Made by a program: the position numbers and the translations under genes. Shown here piece after piece: positions 44,170 through 53,571 of a stretch of 64,000 nt of DNA. Below the pieces are notes generated by a model. It did not search any database and was not told where the DNA came from. It saw only the letters and a program-made list of their open reading frames with translations. Origin of the DNA: Nitrosopumilus sp. (GTDB lineage Archaea > Thermoproteota > Nitrososphaeria > Nitrososphaerales > Nitrosopumilaceae); assembly GCA_965207445.1 (NCBI GenBank), contig CBDBLX010000002.1, positions 1,271,849-1,335,848 on the forward strand, given 5' to 3'. How positions within the stretch are numbered: position 1 is the first letter of the stretch; every line of letters starts with the position of its first letter.

Positions 44170-44925
44170 CACTAGTTCGCAATGTGCCCAATTTTAATAA
44201 TTTTATTTCTAATTATACAGTACGGCAGATTTTGGCAAGTAACTATCACGTTTTAATTCCCATCAAAGCAGTCTCTTCTGATCAATCCGGCAATTGAATC
44301 CATAAAGTATACCTTGTAAATAATTTTTTCTGCAAGTCAGTCGTAATTTTCGTACCTTGTCATTACCTATAATCCATATATTACAAAAATATCAACAGTA
44401 ACCAAACCTGCAAGGCGTTACTAGTTGTTTTTGGAGTCGTATTTCTTATCACTATACTTCGTCTCTATTACCAGCGTTTGTGATATCTCTGGGATGGTTT
44501 TGATGAGTTTGCTTTTGTTAGTGATTTTCATATTTGTGGCAAATGCTACATATTGATCGATTATATTATCAGTTTCTTTGGCATTACCTTTTTTTTGACG
44601 ACAAGTGATGTGAACTTGCTGCTTTTTTGTTTTTGTCACGCATCTTGATGACTGATGCAGATTTTCTCTGTTTGTTATGAACTTTTAAAATGTACTTTTA
44701 CACATGTTTATTTTTGATTGCCGGCATTATGACAGACGCAAAAGTTCGTCTATGCATGCAACGTTGTAAAAACCTCGATCAAAGAGACAAAGTTCCGGAC
44801 ATACACTCTCTGAATTAATCTTCGATAATTTTACGCATAATTATGACCATTTTACCATCACTGGTCACACGATGGACAAACAATTACCTGCTTGGTTCCA
44901 TTTGTACTGTCATAAATGAATGAAA
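44170..44925 (-). mobile_element. Degenerate, truncated copy of the 25066-26456 ISH3-like element
   Basis: Homologous to 25066-25860; cut by MITE-A. Confidence 0.85.
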
Positions 44926-45007
44926 GTAACAGTTCAACCCTTTCCCAAATTTAGGCATAAATTCACCGCCTAACGTTTGGCGCAGGACACGGGGGTTGAA
45001 CGGTTAC
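44926..45007. mobile_element. MITE-A copy
   Basis: TIRs intact; no TSD. Confidence 0.85.
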
Positions 45008-45019
45008 AATAGTTACCTA

Positions 45020-47026
45020 TTATGCCCGTAAACAAAGTTCCGGAATTCCAATCTTGCGCAGATACTTGTATGTAGTATTATAATATTCTGGACATCGAGT
45101 GTTGTCACTCTCGTCACCTTTTGGGACAAATATCACCATTCCCTGTCTTGCTCGCGTCAAGAGAACCCTGTATGCATTCTTCAGGTATCTCTGTTTATCA
45201 TTCTTGTTTATGCTAGTCCACTTGTCTCCGCGAAATTCCTTGTATATCCACCCGCCCTTACTGTACCTCAAATTTGCATCCCATGCCACACATGTCCAAT
45301 CCAACTCAAGTCCCTGCACATCAAACTCAGTTGCGACATATTCAAGGCCGTTTGAAGAACGCGGATCGTCGGACAAATTTAGAAACCAGTGGGGTGCATT
45401 CAGAGTAATTTCTGCGTATATGCCGTGCGGCCTCAAGCGGTATGACTTTCCGGTTGCGACAATACCAAACCGTTCTGTCCCGCGTGCTTTCTTTTGCAAC
45501 CATTTTTTGGCAAGTTCAAAGTTTCTTGTAATCACAATCGGATACCCCTTTATGTCATCCAGTATATTACCAGCTCTTTTATCATCACAGTTCAACAGCA
45601 ACCTCACAAACTCAGACACACGACCACTTCTAAATGATCGGATTGATGTGTCAAGATGAAGCTCATCCCTGTATCTGAGACGCGTGCTTTTATCTAGCAT
45701 GTTTTCTATCTGATGCTTTCTGTTGTCGTAATATCTGCCCAGATATTCCTCACCATTTATCACTGATGATACATAAACATCCCACCTCGGATAACTGCGC
45801 CTTATGGAATCGAACCATTCTGTCAAGCCTGCTTCGTTGTGATTGATCTCCTGGCCACCTCCTACGAGGCAGACGAGCACGGCCCAGTCTACATGCCGGT
45901 CCATCGTACTGATTATGTACTCTGGCTGGGACATGCCGTGTCTATCCTCCTTCCTTTTGGACATGAACCGGTCCATTGCGGCCACGTCCCACGCACGCTG
46001 CGCCTCATCAAAGATCACTATCTTTTCATGCGGCGCGCGTCCCAAACTCAACGCATCCACAATAAACCCTCGCACGGGTTGTATGAATGCACTCGCCTCC
46101 CTACGCGCGTCTTCTTTACGGATCCTTTTATTGGTTGGATTTTTATGACTTGCATCGTATTTATCGCGCGCAAGCGCTTCTTGCAGGACTTCTACTAACG
46201 GGCCGTTTCCAGACAAAAAGACGGATCCGGCATCATCGTGAGCATCTCTAGATTTTGCCGTCAAGTTCAGACCCACTAACGTCTTGCCGGCACCTGGTAT
46301 TCCAGTTACGAAACAGATTGACTTTCTCCTATTTGTCCTAGAATATTCTATGATCTCTTCAACGGCTTTTGTGGTCTTGGATAGGTTCTCGGCGCCTGCC
46401 TCGGAGCGAGTTATATCGCACACGTCGTGTTCATTGTATAGCGCACGTGCTGCTTCTATGATGGTGGGCGTGGGCCTGTAGCCGGATCTCTCCCATTCAT
46501 GTGCGTCGAGGGGAGGAGACAGGTTGGCATATTTCTTGGCTGTTGTTGAGATAATTCTGTGCAGATTTGATCCGTTGGAGCAGACGATCCTGAAAATTCC
46601 GTCGTCATATTTCTCAAGTTCAAATGGCACGTCTCCTGCTTTAGTGGCAACAAGAATTGGAAGAATTGGACTTGTGTGGCTTCCCTCATGAAAGTTCTTC
46701 ATATCCAATGCATAGTCCATGCACTGATCTTTGTCAGCCTTTTTGTATTGGGACTCTCTAATCTTGAACTCTAAGAGGAATATCACGTTGGCATAGACTA
46801 TGATTGCATCTACTCTCCTGCCCATCCGTGGTATGATAAATTCCAAGTAGATTTGTCCACTGCCCAAGTTGCACAGCTGATTCTTCATTATTTTTAGCTG
46901 TCCTTTCCATGCATCTTTCTGCTCAAGTGTGGGCGGGGCTTGACTGTTCTGTATTAGAGTGCTATGTATTTCTTCTATATCAGTTTTTAAAAAATCATTT
47001 AGAGTAGCCGAATAATACTGTCTCAT
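45020..47026 (-). CDS. DUF2075 (Schlafen group 3-like SF1 helicase) with N-terminal nuclease-like domain
   Basis: VDAII..LEFK, GIPGAGKT, FDEAQR, VQGLELDW and YRVLLTRAR motifs. Confidence 0.9.
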   Translation of the reverse strand: MRQYYSATLNDFLKTDIEEIHSTLIQNSQAPPTLEQKDAWKGQLKIMKNQLCNLGSGQIYLEFIIPRMGRRVDAIIVYANVIFLLEFKIRESQYKKADKDQCMDYALDMKNFHEGSHTSPILPILVATKAGDVPFELEKYDDGIFRIVCSNGSNLHRIISTTAKKYANLSPPLDAHEWERSGYRPTPTIIEAARALYNEHDVCDITRSEAGAENLSKTTKAVEEIIEYSRTNRRKSICFVTGIPGAGKTLVGLNLTAKSRDAHDDAGSVFLSGNGPLVEVLQEALARDKYDASHKNPTNKRIRKEDARREASAFIQPVRGFIVDALSLGRAPHEKIVIFDEAQRAWDVAAMDRFMSKRKEDRHGMSQPEYIISTMDRHVDWAVLVCLVGGGQEINHNEAGLTEWFDSIRRSYPRWDVYVSSVINGEEYLGRYYDNRKHQIENMLDKSTRLRYRDELHLDTSIRSFRSGRVSEFVRLLLNCDDKRAGNILDDIKGYPIVITRNFELAKKWLQKKARGTERFGIVATGKSYRLRPHGIYAEITLNAPHWFLNLSDDPRSSNGLEYVATEFDVQGLELDWTCVAWDANLRYSKGGWIYKEFRGDKWTSINKNDKQRYLKNAYRVLLTRARQGMVIFVPKGDESDNTRCPEYYNTTYKYLRKIGIPELCLRA

Positions 47027-47209
47027 GTCTATTTCATCATATCTGTCACATTAAATAGATACCTGTCGTCTGCAAATACATGTTCAGATAATTTACAAGT
47101 TTGTGTCAAAAATGATACAATGATCAGGTATTTTGTGTCGGTAACCTAAATTGACTTGAACATGTATTGAAAGGCAGACTATAGGTATAATCTGAAACGA
47201 TCAGATGAT

Positions 47210-47740
47210 GGCTAGTAGAAAATCTGACATCGACATGTCTTCTCGTCAATTGATTCTGATGATAAGAAAGATGAGATTGATGTAAATAATCTCAGTCTGA
47301 GCTCGCATTACTAGGAAGAATAATGCCAAGCTTTGACGAGATTCAAAAGGAAATACAAGAGCAAAAAACCCCATGATACCCAGTACGACACAATCCGAAG
47401 AAATTATCTTAAAAAAAACTATATGACACGACAAAGAAACGTTATGCAGTATTATTCTGGATGGTTGCAGAAACCTGTTAAAAACATATTTAGTAATGTA
47501 GATCACCGACAATGACAAAAATGTATTCATAAATGCCATACGCAGACGATGTATCAAAAGGACTAGACATAATATTGCACACACCGGGAAGAGATATTGC
47601 AGCCACAAAATCGTTGATAGACTATCTCAATTAGAAATTTCAAGTTGTCTGGTATGTACGATTTTGTAAAAATGTTTTGAGCTGCTCTGCTGTATAACCG
47701 ACACTTGACACATCTTGACAAAAACAGTGAGTCAGAAATG
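47210..47740 (+). pseudogene. Degraded unknown gene, paralog of 31690-32072
   Basis: Multiple frameshifts; nucleotide similarity to the paralog. Confidence 0.5.
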
Positions 47741-47756
47741 TCTGCACCAAATAACA

Positions 47757-48539
47757 TTACACGTCTGAGAAATTTTTTGATACATCGTGACTGAGCACCA
47801 ACACTTCTCTTGCTTTTTTATCCTTTGACATTCCATATTTCCACTGTGGATAAAAAAATTTATACCCTTTATACAGATCATGCACCTCTTTAGAATTGTT
47901 ATATGATAATACCCACCTATCTCTATCTCGTAGTATCTCTGCCAAACTACTATGATCAAAGTTTGTATGCATGTTGCCTTTTTTACCATAAAGTTTCTGT
48001 GGTATCATGTATGGTGGGTCTAGATACAAAAAACACTCACTTGACTTTGGTATGGACTTTTTAAAGTCTGCTTGCACTATACTGATGAGATTATCAATGA
48101 TGGTAAACTCTTGAACTCTTTTGATTGATGATTGTGTGAATCGAGGGTGATTAGGTGACATGCCACCGGACATTGTAGTTCCAGAAAACGATGCACGATT
48201 CAATACATAAAATATGGCAGCTCTATAATATTTGGTGCTGTATGTACTTTGATCTCTTTGCAACTCGTAAAATTTTTCTTTTGATAGTGGATAATACTCT
48301 TGTATAATATCTGCAAGTTTTGTTGGGTTACTTAAAAGACACTGCCAAAACTCCACAAGCGGCTTAAATTTGTCATACCCATAGACGCGCATACCTCTAG
48401 CAACACATGCTAACTCTACTGAACCACCACCAAAAAACGGCGAGCATAATACTGTTGTATCCTCTGGAATAAACTGCAGTATTGTAGAGACTCCTTTACT
48501 CTTTCCACCAGGCATTCTTAATGGAGATCGTATCATCAT
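47757..48539 (-). CDS. Dam-like (D12 class) DNA adenine methyltransferase
   Basis: PGGKS, PFFGGGS and YLDPPY motifs. Confidence 0.92.
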   Translation of the reverse strand: MMIRSPLRMPGGKSKGVSTILQFIPEDTTVLCSPFFGGGSVELACVARGMRVYGYDKFKPLVEFWQCLLSNPTKLADIIQEYYPLSKEKFYELQRDQSTYSTKYYRAAIFYVLNRASFSGTTMSGGMSPNHPRFTQSSIKRVQEFTIIDNLISIVQADFKKSIPKSSECFLYLDPPYMIPQKLYGKKGNMHTNFDHSSLAEILRDRDRWVLSYNNSKEVHDLYKGYKFFYPQWKYGMSKDKKAREVLVLSHDVSKNFSDV

Positions 48540-48587
48540 ACCACTATTCTAATTGTAAACATATTTTGGTTTTTAGTCAAAAATACC

Positions 48588-48668
48588 ATAACCGTTCAAC
48601 CCCTGTATCTGCGCCAGACGTTAAGTGGTGAATTTGTGTCTAAATTTGGGAAGGGGTTGAACGGTTAC
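48588..48668. mobile_element. MITE-A copy
   Basis: TSD AAAAATACC/AAAAATACA. Confidence 0.88.
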
Positions 48669-48717
48669 AAAAATACAGCTAGAAACATTTAGTATACACT
48701 ACTTTAAACCACACACA

Positions 48718-49098
48718 ATGGATGCCAAAAGGGCAAAAAAGAAGAAGATTCTTGTAATTGATGATGACTATGATTTTTTGGAATCTTTACATTTGTTGCT
48801 TGTCATGGATGGGCATGATGTACATCCTGTCTCAAATGGTCTTGATGCTATAACATCTTACAAAGAATTTCAGCCTGATATCGTGTTTTTGGATATAAGG
48901 ATGCCTGGCATTGATGGATTTGAGACATTCTTGAGACTCAAAAAACACGACAAAGCTGCAAAAATCATATTTACATCTAGTTATGCAATCAGTGACCAGA
49001 AATACAAAACGGCAAAAGAACAGTCATTATCAGGTCTATTGAACAAACCAATAGAACTTGCCACATTGCGACGTGTAATTAAAACTCATGCAAAATGA
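48718..49098 (+). CDS. Single-domain response regulator receiver
   Basis: ILVIDDD, LDIRMPGIDG and LNKP motifs. Confidence 0.95.
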   Translation: MDAKRAKKKKILVIDDDYDFLESLHLLLVMDGHDVHPVSNGLDAITSYKEFQPDIVFLDIRMPGIDGFETFLRLKKHDKAAKIIFTSSYAISDQKYKTAKEQSLSGLLNKPIELATLRRVIKTHAK

Positions 49099-49113
49099 TT
49101 GGTATACTGACAT

Positions 49114-49857
49114 CTATTTTTTGAACTCTAGTATACGTATAGAATCTTTGATGTTTTTTGTTCTCTGCATGTAATAAGATTCTGCTTCTGCAAAAAAATC
49201 ACGATACCATTTATGCAATTCCTCATCTGCTGCAAATAACCGTTTCATCTTTTTGGTGCTAGTTTTCTTATACATTAAAAATGTGTAAAACCAATATGAC
49301 ATTTGTTCTGCCAAGTCTTGCTCTGTTATAGATTCAAAATAGCGCCGATATTTTATGTGGATATAGTCCATCAACTCATATATTGGATTGTCTACATGTG
49401 TTATAATGGCACCATTATTCAAAAGTAAACCCTTTGCAAGTATCTTTAGATTGTACGCATCAGATCCCAATATTTTGGTTACTAGCCCCCATTTACCAAA
49501 TATCTTTGGTAGTGTGTGTTTGTAGTGTGCTACCATTGCATCTATCTCTTTTTGTTCCATATGTAGCGCATCCATACAATACAAGATTCCATGCAATGAC
49601 AAACGATACACATTGTATGGTTTTTTTGTGTGCTTGCCAACAAGTATTAATCCAATGTCAGTTATACCTCCAGAGTACTTGCCTCTATCAAATCTGCCAA
49701 TTAAGAGTCGCCGGTATATCTTTTCTTGTGCTCTGATATTGTCTATTTTGCGCATATGCGTTTTTGCCATATCCCATGTTGTTGATTCACCATTTACAAA
49801 GAGTATGCGTAGTACTTCATGTATATTCTTTTGATGCTTTGTCTTTGTTGCAGACAT
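49114..49857 (-). CDS. Conserved hypothetical winged-helix-like protein (ORF extends to 49941)
   Basis: TTWDMAK...YRLSLHGILYC. Confidence 0.7.
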   Translation of the reverse strand: MSATKTKHQKNIHEVLRILFVNGESTTWDMAKTHMRKIDNIRAQEKIYRRLLIGRFDRGKYSGGITDIGLILVGKHTKKPYNVYRLSLHGILYCMDALHMEQKEIDAMVAHYKHTLPKIFGKWGLVTKILGSDAYNLKILAKGLLLNNGAIITHVDNPIYELMDYIHIKYRRYFESITEQDLAEQMSYWFYTFLMYKKTSTKKMKRLFAADEELHKWYRDFFAEAESYYMQRTKNIKDSIRILEFKK

Positions 49858-50335
49858 ATATCCGTCAAGCTTTTGAGCAGCAGGTCTGATGTAGACCTTA
49901 TAGGACATTAAATTCCCGTATATTTGAGAATCATACTGCATAAATAATTTTCATATAATTGTTATATATGTCAAGATTATTTGGTTTTAATGTATTGTAA
50001 ATTTGGGTATTTTACATAATCTTCTCTATATAATAATATGTGATTTTTTGTGTGAACCAAGATCTTTGGACATAATAATGAAACCATATACTTGTATTTG
50101 GTCACATCCCTGCCTGCATATTGAGTACCATACATGCGATACATTTGGCTAGAAGTTATTTTTGAATGATCATATCAGTCATGGAGGTTGGTTCACACGT
50201 AAATACTTCTGTACTAGAAAGAAGCCCACTCATAATGGAAGTTACACAAAACACTAACATCAAACAATGGGTTATTGCTTATTATGTTGCTTATGTCTGA
50301 TATGTCCATTTTTACGCTTTCTTCCGTAATTGATT

Positions 50336-51662
50336 TGTGCTATCCTGTAAGTAGTTCCACTTATGATTTGACATATGCATGACTCTCCATTTCTTTTGCT
50401 GTTATGTCTTTTGGTGCTTGTTTGCGTTTATAGGCTTCTATAGGCGTCTCTTTACCGTCTTTTAGTGACATATGTGGGAGATTATTGTACCAGTTGACGA
50501 GTCTTGTTATTGGGTCTGTTATACCCCTAGTATGGAATGGATTCCCCACATGGTCGCCGGGTTTGGAACCACGAACTGTATTACATGCAGACTCTTCTTC
50601 AAATGATTTTAGATGTTGTTCAATCTCAGAGTGGAATCGTTCTAATTTACCATTGGTTTGAGGGTGTTTTATACGTGCCATGACTTGTTTGATACCAAGC
50701 TCGACTAACTTGTTCTCAAATACTGCCACACCGCGCTCAGAGTTCTTTTTCTCATTTGCATAGAACTGAGATCCATGATCCGTTAGTATTTGGGCAGGTT
50801 TGCCATGTTTCTTGATGGCATCTTCAAGCACCTTTATTGCATGATCACTTGTAGGTTCATTATACACTCCAAAGCCCATAATCATCCTAGATGCATCGTC
50901 CTGATAGGACACAAACCATCTACCATCGTAAATCTGCTTAAAATCAGTATGCCATAAAGAATTTGAGAATCTTCGCTCATACCTAACCCACTTTCGCTGC
51001 TTTGCTTTTTTTGGTTGGTTTTCTACTAACTCCTCATCTTTCAATATCTTATATATGATATTGTGAGAAATATGGATTCCGATTTCTTCTTCTATTATAG
51101 TCTCGAGTCTGACTGCCATACGTCTGTTCTGCTTGCAACAAGATATCACTGCAGAATGTTCTCGACGGCCTGGTAATCCATTAGAAGGACGTCCCATTTT
51201 TAGAGGATATGTGATATCTTTTGGCTGTAAATGACCATATCGTGAGAACAATTCTCTAACCCATCGTGCAGACACCCCCACTAATTTTGCAATCTGGGCG
51301 TCACTCATCTCATCATTGTGCTTTTGCTGAACTATCCACCGTACCTGTTCCTCATCAAGTTTATGTATTACACGAAGTTTTTTACCATTTTTGAGCCTAG
51401 TTTTGATCTTTGTACGAGGATCATGATTGGGCCCACACACCTTCATTTCCACTCCGCACACGGATATATGAGGATCTACACCACTAGTAGCCATTTTTCT
51501 TTTCTCTCCAAGTGGGCATAAAAGCTAAACTTATCATACGCTTCATATTAAATATGATTATATCTAGGCGTACACTCAAGGCGGAAGTACTTACATTGAC
51601 GATTATTCCTATGATCATATCTAGGCGTACACTCAAGGCGGAACTACTTACAAGACAACTTA
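50336..51662 (-). mobile_element. IS481-family element copy 2, intact transposase 50361-51494
   Basis: TIRs; 15-bp TSD CTTCCGTAATTGATT at 50321-50335 and 51663-51677. Confidence 0.95.
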
Positions 51663-52057
51663 CTTCCGTAATTGATTAAAGGTCCCAACAGAGGTATTAG
51701 ACAACTCGTCGACATTATCCAATTGAGTGGTGTTGGAAGTATGAGCATTATGAATATTGCTAGTATGGAGAACGCCAGCCCAAACACTGCCAACTCACGT
51801 TTTTTTCGTATATCATCAGGTCTATGCTTGGATAGTTCTCTATTGATTGGATCGCTGAATAAATTTGTCCGGGTATTTTTTCTGCGCTCAGTTGAATCAT
51901 AATTATTGTTAGCATCGGTTCGGCTTTTTAACGTTGTTCGAATGTCTTCAACATTGTTTGGTAAATCTTCATATAATAATCGCCGTAAATCTTCTTTTAC
52001 GACATCTTGAGTCTGACTCAGCTTGACACAACCCCACAATTTTCTAACTGATCCCAT
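51663..52057 (-). pseudogene. Membrane protein interrupted by IS481
   Basis: The TSD lies in its LINYG codons; the remainder continues below 50321. Confidence 0.6.
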
Positions 52058-52497
52058 ATTTTCTCACATTCTTTCATGGTAAAATGCTCCCGCTTACCTT
52101 CTGTTAATCGTAGTACACTATCCTTGGAAAGTTTCTCATCATTGTGTAAAAATGTAATAGATGCTGCAATTTCAAGTTTATCTTGATCATTTTTTTTATC
52201 CTTGAGAAATTCCTTAAATCTGTTATAACGATGCTGATCATTATCGTCAGCAAATTCTATTACCAATTTAGGTATATTATTAATAATATTTTTTAATTTA
52301 AAGCCGTCTTTTGTCAGTTCTGGACTATATGGACCTCGCAGATACCAATTATAATCGTAACCCAAATCAAAGCCAAATGACTGCAAGAGTTGCACCTTCT
52401 TTTGAAACCTGAGCCTTCCATCAAAGGTATCCATGTTCAGGTTATCAATATCTTTGATAAATAACCCTAACTCGTAAATATCAACCACATCATTCAT
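52018..52497 (-). CDS. YwgA/SocA-like protein
   Basis: RLRFQKKVQLLQ...YNWYLRGPYSPEL. Confidence 0.6.
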   Translation of the reverse strand: MNDVVDIYELGLFIKDIDNLNMDTFDGRLRFQKKVQLLQSFGFDLGYDYNWYLRGPYSPELTKDGFKLKNIINNIPKLVIEFADDNDQHRYNRFKEFLKDKKNDQDKLEIAASITFLHNDEKLSKDSVLRLTEGKREHFTMKECEKIWDQLENCGVVSS

Positions 52498-52702
52498 CTA
52501 CAAACATCCTCTATAATGATTTTCACTATAATAATATCAACCACATTATTCAGCATGGCCGCAGAGGCTAGAGTCATACTCATCACGTTATCATTCATAC
52601 AATTCTAACTCAATTATAATATGTTAACTTGAGTACTTGTGGACAGGCTTGGCGTTTATGTATTAATTAGTCGTATAATTGTGAATCAAGTATATAATTC
52701 CC

Positions 52703-53085
52703 GGATCAAGTATGTTATCACGGTGCCCTGGACTTGTCATGAACGATTGGATTGACTCGTGTACGTGTGATCTTGGTGATGTGCCCATATAATTTTCTGA
52801 TGCTTTTATGCAATATGACAAACCCTGGACGTTTTCTGCATTGTGTTGATGTCCTCCTGCAAGTGTGTATCGCATGTATGGTTTGAGTCCGTCAACACAC
52901 CGGTGCCCAGATATGCATATTTAGCATTGAGTTTGCATGATATTGAGCAGCTTTATTTTTTCCAAGTTTAACTGGTTCAAGTCCTACAAATGTACGCTCA
53001 TCATTTACAAGTTCAAGCATATACAACTTTAGATCAGATATGCTATCATCTGTAGAACTATCAGAGTCGATGGGTTTTGTCTGTG
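52703..53085 (-). pseudogene. Frameshifted partial duplicate of the CAP-domain gene
   Basis: Near-identical to 57995-58378. Confidence 0.85.
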
Positions 53086-53307
53086 TGTCGTTGTAGTTGC
53101 ATAGTGTGTACGGTTTGACTGGCAAATGTTTTTGAGCTATTTGTGGTATTGGTGTGATTGACGAACAATTTGACTATATGTAATGCTAGAAACCTACCAA
53201 TTAATAGAGTTGTGATGGATTCGCGTACACCGGAATTGTATCATTAATTAACTCATATTTAACAAAGGTATATGCGCGCCTTTAAAAAGTTCCATATAGG
53301 GCCATCC

Positions 53308-53388
53308 GTAACCGTTCAACCTCTTCACAAATTTAGGCACGGACTCGCCGCCTAACATCTAGTGCAGGTACGGGGGTTGAACAGTTAC
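53308..53388. mobile_element. MITE-A copy
   Basis: Perfect 9-bp TSD GGGCCATCC. Confidence 0.92.
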
Positions 53389-53571
53389 GGGCCATCCAGA
53401 TGAATTTGGCAGGCGTCCAACATCTCACAGAGGAGTTCTAGGCAGGGTTGTGATACTAGTTAGTTTTGACGGTTCGTTCAATACCAAATATGCTACCAAC
53501 TTGTAGCATTTGGATCAGATGGGGCAAAAAAATTCACGCGAATTGTGAAAATCTAGGAGCGAGGTTAACAC

